Of a stretch of DNA of 64,000 nt, positions 51,501-62,955 are shown one piece after another. This stretch comes from Orbicella franksi (lineage: Eukaryota). The translations under genes and the position numbers were made by a program. The stretch covers positions 18,662,001 through 18,726,000 of the forward strand of contig OZ116707.1 in NCBI GenBank assembly GCA_964199315.1, given 5' to 3'. The notes below the pieces were generated by a model. The model worked only from the letters and a program-made list of their open reading frames with translations. It ran no database searches and was not told where the DNA came from. Numbering within the stretch: position 1 is the stretch's first letter; each line of letters starts with the position of its first letter.

Positions 51501-54500
51501 TGGTGTTCCTGACTGTGCAATCTGAATGGCCTTTCTTAAAACTGGCACAATGTCAGCTACCCTGTTGGCAAAAGTAAACTATTATGAAATACTTGTAACT
51601 GTAACTGTAAATACTCATAACTTATTCAATTGTGCTCTATTTGGTATTTACTTGCAACTACGGCCAGATTATTTTATGGTCCACAAGAATACAGACACAT
51701 TTTGAAAATTTTCTATTTCTTAACAGTTTTAACATTATTAATGTTACATTATCTTATTGACAGTATTTTCATTGAAACAAAATGTTACCTTGTAACTGTC
51801 GCACAGTATTTACATAAGGGTTTAAACAGACTCATCTGATCAATATCTTGCAGTGCTCCTCGTCCCTGAAAAAAGAAACAGCGAGGGTTAAAAGCGTACA
51901 GTACTGATGTGAAAATCAGACAGAAATATCATTATGCTACATAAATGTACTGATTAACAGTACATTGGCCGAGGATTACAAACCTTGAGCAAGGTAGCTG
52001 CTGCCCCACCTAACAATAGGACAGGTGATTCTGCCATTTGTGCATTTTTCACAGCTGTAACTGTATTGGTTAAACCTGAAATGGTCAACAAGCTCTGTCA
52101 GCTGTCACTTTTAGATTTACATAATAATATTCACAAATAAAGGGAATGGTTTCCACAGCCTTGAAGATCTAGCGAGGTAACTCACCCTTAGAAATTCAAC
52201 AATATACATGTGGCTGACAATAATCATGAAAGAAAATATGTGACTCCTTACCAGGCCCAGCAGTGACTGCAGCCACGCCTACAACACCTGATAACCTTGC
52301 AACAGCATCCGCTGCAAATACAGCTGTGACCTGAGTATAACGACGATAGTAACATTATCACTTGGGATAGACAGTTCATTGGTATTATGACCACACTTAT
52401 TAATCAGCAACTACAGTAGTTGCCTTCGACTAAAAGTCGTACTGTTAACACAGGTCTACTTGACCAAGTACTAGCAGTACCCCACTCTTCCAAGAGCACA
52501 TTGCGTGACAGAGAGAGATGCAAAACTGGACTATATGAAGAACTTGGGCGATCGACTTACCTAATGGATTACAAACTTAGCATAATATTAAGTCATGCAT
52601 AATGCAGAATTTAAGGAATCCTCCACAATAAAGGTAACTACAGGTAACATTACCTCATGTCTTGTGTCAACAACTCTGATTCCTAGATTTTGACATGAAA
52701 CCAAAATTGGGGAAATGTGGCCACCACACAGTGTGAAGACAAACTTGACCCCATGGGACTATAAAATGAATAGGAGATATAAGCAGAATGTTCAAAACAA
52801 GTATAAATTGTACCACATTTTTTACCAATTAATTGTAAAACATTTTACTATATTAAAAAATATATATATATAAAAATGCTTAATGGTCACTAACTTGTAA
52901 AACTTCACCAACCAACTCCCCACCATGTCTGTTACTGTTTTCATCAAGCTAAGAGTAAAAACATAGGGTGTTATTAATGCTTTATAATAATTTATACACG
53001 AGCACTATTCAATAGATTGTTAGGTAGCTTCATGATGAAGTAGCCAAAGCCTGTGTCCCCTTGCATTTCCTGACTACTGGTCAAGAGGGATGTCGACTCT
53101 TGACACGAGTTATTGGTCAAAGCTGAAAGTTGACGTCTGACACTTCCCTTTCAACCCATCCCAAGTTCTCATATGATGGTGTATCCCATCCTGGGAAGAA
53201 AGAGGCCATAAAAGATTGTAGCTGAATTATTTTACTGACTAAAATATTACTTTGACCACTGTTAACAGTGTTTCAGCCAGAAAATTTTACTTGAGGGCCA
53301 AAGTGGCCCCTGAAGATCTTTTTTAGGGGCCAATTTTTTAGGAACGGGGCCAATAAATTGAAAGCTACAGAAGGAAAAAATGCATCATGGTAGCAAGGAA
53401 AATAAAGCAATTTATTAGGATCTATGATAAAATTTAATAGTAAGTGCTTTTTGAAGTGTTCCTACTCAATAAAGTTTCTTTTGAATCAGATACTAGTATG
53501 AGGGATCCGTGCATTACAAGAGAAGAATCCTTAGCATACATGACATAGTCATTGATCAAGGGTTTGCAATGCATTGTAGGGCGATTTCAAACACGATCAG
53601 TCATTTGGAAGCTTTCCGATGTGAGAGAATCAATACAGCAATGCAAAAGGATGGGTTGACTTCTTTTCTAATGTTAAATGTTTTAGAAGCAAATATCTTT
53701 CAATAGGATTTTCTAGAAGGACATAATGTGTGACAAAATAACCGTTATTGATCGTCAACACAGAGAAATGTAGTCGCCATTATGCCGTATTATGGCGACT
53801 AAACCGGAATTTTTGGTTGCCAAGGACGAAATGCTTGTTGCATTGGCGACTGTATCGATCACAATTACAAGCCCTGGGATGGCTTTTAAAATATTATGCC
53901 TGTGTTACGCCTGCAGTCTTGTAAAAGTAAAGGGCCAAATTGGCCCTTTTATTGTTTTTCTGCAGGCCATCTCTGATTGTAATGTGGGATTCCCGCAATG
54001 GCGCGCTCTGGCGGATACACTGGTTAATGAAATGTTCTTCCCTTTACAAAGACAAAACTTGTATAATACTAGTTTGACCCTCCTACTAAAAGAGACAATA
54101 ACACAGACAGATAAAAAACTCGATCAGATTACTGGGAATCAGTTCAAGGACGAGGCGTAAAAACTAATTGACATTTCCGAGATCATCTGGCCAGAGCTAG
54201 TTTGTACCTGCCCCCAAAACACCCCTTTTATCCCTGGGACTATACGGAAACAGAAGCTATTCAGCGTATTTAGAGAACGTGACAAGAAAAAGAATATAAC
54301 GTAAGGTTCTTAGTAGCATTAAGCATTTACACTTTTTTTCGATGTCTCAAAAAAAAAAGTATATTGTAAGATTATTTTCTTGTGATCTACACGTCTGTTG
54401 AAAAAAGATTCCTTCCATTTTAATAGTGATTTTACGAGGGCAAAATTTTAAATTTTTTCCCACAAAAATCACTGAAAACTTTCCTACCTTGTAAATGTAC

Positions 54501-54601
54501 TTATGCAAGATTCTCAGCTTGTACACGAGGAACGTAATGACCCCGATAAAAGCTGCAATAGCACCCAGAAATACAGCAGAAAACACATTGAACTCCGCCA
54601 T
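45578..54601 (-). CDS. ILVBL: acetolactate synthase-like protein / 2-hydroxyacyl-CoA lyase 2 (TPP enzyme with N-terminal membrane anchor), 625 aa
   Basis: 19 phase-consistent exons: 54601-54488, 52948-52895, 52758-52654, 52330-52252, 52075-51984, 51865-51789, 51561-51500, 51218-51145, 50515-50478, 50213-50113, 49436-49327, 49087-48964, 48526-48432, 48300-48261, 47495-47381, 47227-47090, 46854-46680, 46347-46249, 45763-45578 (1878 nt). Motifs HGGELV, DTRHE, TAGPGLTN, GDGSLG...GNDA (TPP motif), [12 protein letters not shown]. Confidence 0.97.
53266..54022. mobile_element. non-autonomous hAT-like element with a 5-bp target duplication in ILVBL intron 1
   Basis: GTTAA|CAGTGTTTCAGCCAGA ... TCTGGCGGATACACTG|GTTAA. 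TIRs 14/16 identical; GTTAA duplicated on both sides. Confidence 0.75.
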
Positions 54602-54747
54602 TTTATCCACGGGCCGCCTAAAACTGGAACTAATGGGACACCCCGCTGACATTACCGCGTTTTCAGTCTGGTTTCCCACCCGGTTCACATGACTCCTGTG
54701 GGTGATGCCCGCTGAAAGTGCACCAAATTACGCGGGCGTCACCCGTC

Positions 54748-57700
54748 ATAGTACGTACTATAGTACGAGCGTAGTACGGTAGGATACTACAACCGGACGA
54801 TTTTATGCCGGCTGACTCTAAGGGTGAAGTCACATTTTACAAACCCGTCATATCAAAACCATTTGTCGTTTTATTCAAACTTCTGCTATGAAAAAATAAC
54901 AAAAGCTGGAAAAATAACTGTTTATACCGTGAATTGATGACAACAAGCTATAAAACGACTGGCGAGTGGACTCACAGAGTCTGTAGGATCTTACATCCGA
55001 GCGTTTAAAATTATGGGTAGCTCTCGGTGAAAAGTAAACTTCCGAAGTCGCCTCTGTTAAGGAAATTTCTCCTTTCATCTAAGCTACTTCAATGGAAATA
55101 ACCGATGAAAAACTGTTAGCTCCGCAGATCGGAGATGGAAAGCTGCGAAGGGAAAGAAATTGAACTCCTGGCTGTGTACTATAGTATGGGTATGGCCGGG
55201 TGAGGGAACTTTAAGGGTCATGTCACAATACAGCCGTCTAAAATCAAGACCATTGTCATTTAATTCAATTTAGCTTCATTAAGGATTGTTATACTGTAAA
55301 CTGGGGACTACAAACCATGAATCGAGTAATATTGCACTTCTGACCGCGTCGTGTAGAGTCTGTAGGATCCTACGGCCGGGTGATTAAAAGCTGGGTAGCC
55401 CTGACTGAACATGATCTGAACTCTAACAACGTACCATTTGATTTTTTACTCCCACGCAGTTCAGACAAAAGTGCGAAATACAGCAGTAATGTTTTATGTC
55501 ACTGTTTGCCGATAAAATTCCGCAAACGGAATGATTTTGGGCTCCTCCGGTGTCGTACTATAGGATGCTACGGCCGGACGATTTAATGATGGGTAGCCCT
55601 CAGCGAAAAATTAAAATTCGAAAGTCGTCTCAAAAAAGGCCATTTCTCATTTCATTTACTCTTCTTGAATGAAAAATATTCGCTAACGCCGATAATCGGA
55701 GATAGAAAGCTGGGCTGTGTACTATAATATGGTTACGATCGGGTGAGTTTCCGCCGGGTAATTCTAACTGTTGAAGTCCCATTCTACAGCCGTCTCAAAT
55801 CAAGACCATTATTGGCTTTTAATTTAAGCTTCTGTTATAAAAATAAAAGTAAATAGGGCTTGTTATACCGTGCATTGGGCACGACAAGTCACGAAAGAAA
55901 TGAAATTGCGCTCGTGGCCGCGTCGTGTAGCGTCTGTAGGATCCTGGGGCCGGGCGATTTAATGATGGGTAGTCCTCGGTGAAAATTAAACTTCTGAAGT
56001 CGCCTCAAATAGGGAAATTTCTCCTTTCATCTAAGTTGCTTCAATGGAAATAACCGATGAAAAACTGTGAGTGTCGCCGATCGGAGATTGAAAGCTGTGA
56101 AGGAAATGAAATTGGACTCCTGGCTGTGTACTATACTATGGGTATGGCCGGGTGAGGGAACTCTAAGGGTTATTTCACAATTTACAGCCGTCCCAAATCA
56201 AGGCCACTGTCGTTTAATTTAAGCTTCTGCTATAAAAAAAACCTCAATAAGGATTGTTGTACCGTACATTGGGAACACCAAACCTTAAAAGGAATTAAAT
56301 TGCGCTCCTGGTCGCGTCATGTAGAGGCTGTAGGATCCTACGGCCGGGCGATTTAATGGCAGGCAGCCCTAACTGAACTTAATCTGACATATAGCCGCTT
56401 ACCATTTGATTTTTTAATGCCACACATTTCAGACAAAAGTGCAAAATACAGTTACAACGTCTCATGTCGCTGCCTGCCGATAAAAATGCTGCAAATGGAA
56501 TGATTTTTTGCTCCTCTGGTGTCATGTACTCCGGGCATGTACTATAGGATCCTACGGCCGGGCGATTTAATGATGGGTATCCCTTCCTGAAAAGTAAACT
56601 TCTGAAGTCGCCTCAAATAAGGGAATTTCTCCTTTCATCTAAGTTACTTCGACAGAACGATGGAAATATCCGATAAAAAACTGTGAGCGCCGCCGATCGG
56701 AGATAGAAAGCTATGAAAGGAATGAAATTGGACTCCTGGCTGTGTACTATAGCACAGGAACTCTGAGGGTGATTTATTTGACAATTTATAGCCGTATCAA
56801 ATCAAGACCATTGTCATTTATTTAAGCTTCTGCTGCAAAGAAAAATGTCATTAAGGATTGTTAAACCTAACATTAGGGACAACAAGTCAGAAAACGAATT
56901 AAATTGCGCTCCTGGCCGCGTCATGTAGAGTCTGTAGGATCCTACGGCCGGGCGATTTAATGCCGGGTAGCCCTAACTGAACATGATCTGAAAAAAGCAG
57001 CTAACCATTTGATTTTTTAGTCCCACGCAGTTCAGACAAAAGCGCGAAATACGGAAAACAACGTTTTATGTCGCTGTTTGCCGATAAAATTCCGCAAATG
57101 GAATGATTTTGGGCTCCTCCAATGCCGTACTATAGGATCCTACGGCCGGGCGATTTAATGATGGGTAGCTCTCAGTGAAAAATAAATTCTAAAGCCGCCT
57201 CAAGTAAGGCCATTTTTCGTTTCATCCACTCTTCTTGAATAAAAAATATTCGCTAACGCCCTGCGCTAACGCCGATAATCGGAGATAGAAAGCTGGGCTG
57301 TGTACTATAGTATGGTTACGATCGGGTGAGTTCTTGCCGGGTAATTTTAACTGTTGAAGTCCCATTCTACAGCCGTCTCAAATCAAGACCATTATTGGCT
57401 TTTAATTTAAGCTTCTGTTATAAAAATAAAAGTAAATAGGGCTTGTTATACCGTGCAATAGCCACGACAAGCCATGAAAGGAATGAAATTGCGCTCATGG
57501 CCGCGTCGTGTAAGCATCTGTAGGATCCAAGGGCCGGGCGATTTAATGGTGGGTAACCCTCGGTGAAAAGTAAACTTCTGAAGTCGCCTCAAATAGGGAA
57601 ATTTCTCCTTTCATCTAAGTTGCTTCAATGGAAATAACCGATGAAAAACTGTGAGTGTCGCCGATCTGAGATTGAAAGCTGTGAAGGGAATGAAATTGGA

Positions 57701-58030
57701 CTCCTGGCTGTGTACTATAGTATGGGTATGGCCGGGTGAGGGAACTCTAAGGGTTAGTTCAGTTCACAATTTACAGCCGTCCCAAATCAAGGCCACTGGC
57801 ATTTAATTTAAACTTCTGCTATAAAAAACCTCAATAAGGATTGTTGTACCGTACATTGGGGACAACAAGCCATGAAACGAATGACATTGCGCTCCTGATC
57901 GCGTCATGTAGAGGCTGTAGGATCCTACGGCCGGGCGATTTAATGGCGGGTAGCCCTGACTGAACATGACTGAAATAAAGCAGCTAACTATTTGATTTTT
58001 TTAATGCCACGCAGTTCAGACAAAAGCGAC
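54748..58030. repeat. higher-order satellite of ~190-215-bp monomers (three diverged monomer types) with a ~1.58-kb duplicated block
   Basis: Anchor GTAGGATCCTACGGCCGGGCGATTTAATG recurs at 54986, 55365, 55563, 55939, 56333, 56547, 56937, 57135, 57523 and 57920 (spacings 198-214 or 376-397). The longer units contain a diverged mid-anchor GTACTATAGTATGGGTATGGCCGGGTGA. Confidence 0.95.
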
Positions 58031-58379
58031 AAGTGCAGTAATAATTTTGGAATCCTATCATGTGCTATGAGATCCCATGTTTGGGCTATTAATTCGATGC
58101 TAGTTTAGCATGCATAAGAGCTTGGTCCAACTTTGTTGTATTGACTGCGTGACATTTTTCTAAGTGATGATTGAAATCCCATTGACCTTTGTTGCGTAAC
58201 ATAGCTAATAACCGAACAAAGATTTTGCAATCAAAGTGCTATTGTCTTCCTCTCCATATCACATCTAACCAAGTTTCTGAGTCAAATAGGGTTAATGGGG
58301 TTTTTAATCTTGCCTGGCAGCCTTTGTCCGCGGCAAGGATGTAAGGTTAAAAGTCTTTCACTCCGCTTGTATTTTCCAG

Positions 58380-60693
58380 GTGAGGCATGCGGAAAGAGTG
58401 GCATGAGAGTCCCATAGAAGGACATTAAGTGCAATAAAATTTCTCTTTTGGTGGAAAACATGGGCTCACTGCCCTTAAAACATCCATCGGGTTATGGAGT
58501 GGGTAATTTGAAGAAAATAATTGCGGCTAAAAACGACATTATCTTCAAACTTACCGCTCCATGCACGCCCATACCACCACAGACGATTAGTTCCACGATA
58601 CCGTTAACGCATAACACTGTGACACCTGCAATAAGCGCCGATACCACAATCATAACCACCAACGGTCAACCATCCAACAGGACAACATCAGCTAACCCCA
58701 TCAACATAGCTGCAAACACACTACAATCCTCCACCACATCACCAGCCATCATCAACAATACACTACAGGAAAACAACACTAGTACTCCAGCAGCTAGCAC
58801 CGCACAGCTAAGCACCACACCACCGAGCACCACACCATCAAGCAGCACACTTCCAAGCACCACGCCACTGAGCACCACACCATCAAGCAGCACACTTCCA
58901 AGCACCACACCACCAGGCATCACACTACCAGGCATCACACTGCCAGGCATCACACTGCCAGGCACCACACCTCCAAGCACCACATTTGTAAGTGCCATAC
59001 TACCAAGCACTACACCATCAAGCACCACACTTCCAAGCACCACACTGCTAGTCACCGCAGCACCAGGCACCGCACCATCCGGCAACACACTACAAAGTAC
59101 CGCACCACCGAGCACCACACCTTCAGGCACCACACCATCAAACACCACACCATCATCAAGCATCACAATATCGGATAACACCACCATCGTATCCACCATA
59201 GCCACTACCAATACCAGACGTTCCACTAGAAAGAGGAAAGCGACGCAGAGGTTGGAGAAGGGTAAATATGATACAGAAGATGAAAACTGTGAAGCGGCTC
59301 TTTGCCAGCAGGTTCCTGAAAGGAAAAAGAGGAGAGGTGAACTCGCTGAAAGCCAACAAAATTGGGTTTACTGCGAGGACTGCTTTAAATAGTTTCATTT
59401 TGAATGTGTCGGAATAGAGAGAGTTCCGGATGGACCGTACTTCTGCGGTTGCAAGACGAAAGAACTTAACCCGTCGTGAGTGTGTGATACTTTTTTCTTA
59501 TCGCCCACTGAACGTTTCACATCTTTTGCGAGTTGTCAGATGATAGCTCTTCTTTCGTAACCAAATTGTATTTCTTTTTCTCGTCAATCAGGAATTATCC
59601 ATCCGGAATGTCACTTTTTCAATCTCCGGAACTCGCAGGTTTGAAGGTAGTATCCACAATCCAATTAGGGTGATATTAGCAGACTTCCCCTGTCTTTTTC
59701 AAATAGAAACAAAAAGAAGCCTTGATTCCTTCCAAATCGTCAATAGTTATAATTCATTGAATGCATGAAATAGTTGTGCATCAGTTATTTTCTATCCGGT
59801 TATGGCTTTTAAGGGGTTCTAAAAATTGTATAATATTAAAATCTATTTACAGGACCACCTTAAGAATATCCTTTACGGGAACACCGCCAGCGCTAGGCAT
59901 GCCCTTTTTAACGCCAGAAAGGAACACGAAGTTCTGATACACAGTTGTGACTGTACCAGTTATTTCACCGGGTCAAAGGTATGTGCAAAATTGTTGATAG
60001 TAGCTGTCTTTTTTTGTTATCAGTTAATTTATTCATTCATAGAGTGTTTCGCTTATTATCGTGTTAATGATTATGATTACAGTTGTGATTGTAATTCAAG
60101 CACTTCTTAAAAAGTGTTGTAATTCTTTTTCCTCGGACTGATCAGAAGATTTACTAATGAAATAAAGTCATTTTTGCCGAGCATTTGGTCAGACTTTAAG
60201 CCAACCAACACCAGGATGATGAGCTACCTCATGTCCGTCTTAGTTCCTGAGGTAAGTTAGTCCTTCCTTTCTTTACCAGATGCTGCTTATCTAGTCAGCT
60301 CTCTGTACCACCCACCTATCTCTCAACTTTTCAATACCTGCTCTCCTACTCGCCTTACCAGCCTAATGTCTCACCTACCTAGAGCTGTTTTCGTTATTAG
60401 AGATTTCCTGTAGTTACCCTCTACCGGGCTATTCTCTGATGTACTTTTGTGAAATGTTTACTTGTTTGTGATATATTAAATAAGGCAAACGTCGGTAATT
60501 CTTATGAACACCATATTGCAGTTTCACTATTTTTCTTTGTTATTATTCTTGATTACCATAGGCATTGATTTATATGGTTACGATTAAAGAAGGTTGCTCA
60601 AGACAAACCGCGGAGAAGTTATTTGCAGTAAATCGAAATGCAGCAGATGCAGGACAAGACAACAATCGAAGCGAGGAGACTGATTCGGAATAA
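58380..60693 (+). pseudogene. disabled five-exon gene: GTF2I-like I-repeat + S/T/P linker + PHD finger + C-terminal region (VLVPE|ALIY...AEKLF)
   Basis: Exons 58380-59475, 59592-59646, 59853-59978, 60146-60251 and 60562-60693 all have canonical AG/GT sites. In-frame TAG at 58415 and 59390. Exon 4 is 106 nt between two phase-0 junctions (one extra base). PHD ligands C-x4-C...C-x2-C-x4-H-x2-C...C-x-C at 59288-59452. The 5' exon was not found. Confidence 0.75.
58811..59170 (+). repeat. coding minisatellite, about 24 x 15 nt (STTPS/STTLP/GITLP pentapeptides)
   Basis: Units such as AGCACCACACCATCA, AGCACACTTCCA and GGCATCACACTGCCA stay in frame in the 58448 ORF. Confidence 0.9.
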
Positions 60694-62261
60694 TATCACG
60701 AAATGTTTGTTACTCCATTGCACTTTGCTGTCTGTTATGATTGAACATTAAAGAGATGAAAATGTAACTTTAAACGGTACACGTTTTCTTCTTATTTTAA
60801 CTTGCAAACGATTTTGGTTTTTCAAGAGGAAACTTGCAAATAAAGGTAGCCATACCCCAACACAGAACTCTGAAATTTATTTCTTAGACTTACCTCCACG
60901 AAGAATAACGGTGTAGAGCATATACCCCCTAGTATAATCTGGGTCCGAAGAAGGAGATCCTGTAATGCGCCCTTTCATGTGCGTTGCCTGTCCGAAATTT
61001 TATATTGGTGAAAAATAACTACGATGCAATACGCTAGCGGGAAAGGCATTGTAAACAGATTGATGTCAGAGAAATGAAATACCTTCTATGCCTCCATGGG
61101 CTTTAATAACTATGCAGACCGACGCAATTGATGTTTTCAGTTTTTCTTGTGTCTGAGTTTGCACAAACTGAAAAACACCTCAATAACCCTAACTGATCTG
61201 AACAACTATAGTGGTCCAACCTATCTGTACATATAGGTTGGCTCGGAGGCAGAGGGGCACTCAAGGAAAGTTTGGTGGGCTCAAGTTAGGCGAGGCCCTC
61301 AAATCCTGACACTTTTTAACAAAGTATCCGTTCATTTCGATATCCTGTTTAAGAAAAGAGACCTTTATTCGTGACCCGGATTTGCTTTTCAGTTAACGTA
61401 CAGAAACTGTTTTTATTTACAACTGGCATCACAGAATTGTATTAAAAAACATTGTTGGTATCAAGGCTTCCGGTGCAGAAACACACCCTGTTCAATTGTC
61501 CGAGAAGCTAAATACAAAGTTATAAACCCTGTTTAGAGGGAGTGCCTTCCCCCGGAGGGTAGTGAGCCTATTCCGGGCGGATCACATTGGCTATTTAAAG
61601 AACGTGGTTTGTCGATCTGATCATGACCAATTTCTAACATTTCGACGGATCAGAACAAGTTGCGTTGTTAGGCCGGTTAGGCTAGTCAGTTGAATTCTTA
61701 TTATGGACATTGGAATCACAACGAGCACCACACAGTATTTAACCTTTTTATCAGAAAGGATCGCGGGAAATTTTTCTTGGTTTTAAATAATAAGCATAGC
61801 AATATTGCCTGAAGATATCACCATAAACACACAGAAACCTAACTTCTCGTTCCCGTTGACGGTTTTGTAAGCGGAAATGCGATCGCCTCGCAACGCCTTG
61901 TGGATTTAAAGGAGTGCGAATGATTTGACGGTCTGAGTGTTATGGCTTGATACACGGAAATTTTTAGCGTTCTGTATATTTTTAGGATTTCACAGGTACA
62001 TTACAATACTTTGGAGACCGGTCATTATTCAGAGGGTGGGGAGGGAGGCTAATGCAAAACTAAGCATACCAATCTTCCTTTTCTTCAGACTGTCCCTTTT
62101 CGCTACGTACAATTATCTCTAAACCCCCCCCCCCCTGCTACCGCTCCCCATCCCGAAGGTCGATACTTTTTTTCACGGTGATTCCACTCAATTATTCAAC
62201 CCTTAAACCCCAGAATTTTAACTACACAGAAACGGGGCATTTTGACTACATGTCCATCTTT

Positions 62262-62955
62262 CGAAATCAGAAATCGATGTCTTGGTGCGGGGTATATAGC
62301 TGATTGCAAGAAACTCGCAAAGTCAATCCCGTTTTTCTAGTTATTTGGAAGTGCATGCGTGAAATTGGGGTCAGACATCGATGTCTCAGTGCGGGATCCG
62401 TAGGTAATTACAACTGAGAAACTCGCAAAGGGAACTCCGCTTTGTTTGGTGATTTGCAAAATAATGTATGAAAACGAAAATCGGGGTCAGAAATCAATGT
62501 CTTGGTGCGGGGTATGTAGGTAATTACAAGAAACTCGCAAAGTCAACTCCGTTTTTTTAGTCATTTGGAAGAGTATGCGCGAAATTGGGGTCAGAAATCG
62601 ACGTCTTGGTGCGGGGTATGTAGGTAATTACAAGAAACTCGCAAAGTCAACTCCGTTTTTCTAGTCATTTGGAAGTGTATGCGCGAAACTGGGATCAGAA
62701 ATCGATCTCTTAGTGCGGTATATGTAGCTAATCACAACTGAGAAACTCGCGAAGTCAACTCCGCTTTTTCTGGAGATTTGGAAAATAACGTATGAAAACG
62801 AAAATCGGAGTCATCGATGTCTTGGTGCGGGGTATATAGGTAATTACAAGAAACTCCCAAAGTCAACCCCGTTTTTTTTAGTCATTTGGAAGTGCAGGCG
62901 TGAAATTGGGATCAGAAATCGATGTCTTTGTGCGGGATATGTAGTAATTACAACT
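62262..62955. repeat. tandem array of 104-bp and 116-bp unit types (about 6.5 units)
   Basis: Anchor CAGAAATCGATGTCTTGGTGCGGGG at about 62268, 62372, 62488, 62592, 62696, 62811 and 62913 (spacings 104, 116, 104, 104, 115, 102). Confidence 0.92.

Noticed and set aside
53029-53140. C/D box snoRNA (ATGATGA ... CTGA)
   Set aside because: Antisense to the host gene, no convincing terminal stem, and no guide complementarity recognised.
45578-54601. horizontally acquired bacterial acetolactate synthase (branched-chain amino acid synthesis)
   Set aside because: It has 18 spliceosomal introns, an N-terminal membrane anchor and the C-terminal TDFRxGSIxV motif, all typical of the animal ILVBL/HACL2 lyase.
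58666-59226. 186-aa Val/Gly/Leu-rich minus-strand ORF
   Set aside because: Antisense reading of the S/T/P minisatellite.
58415-59392. programmed amber readthrough or TAG reassignment explaining the two in-frame TAGs
   Set aside because: Other genes in the window end at TAG (32280, 43123), and an independent frameshift in exon 4 points to ordinary pseudogenisation.
60890-61170. two possible minus-strand exons with good donors (about 60890 and 61082)
   Set aside because: Their phases do not join into an open frame and no protein family was recognised.
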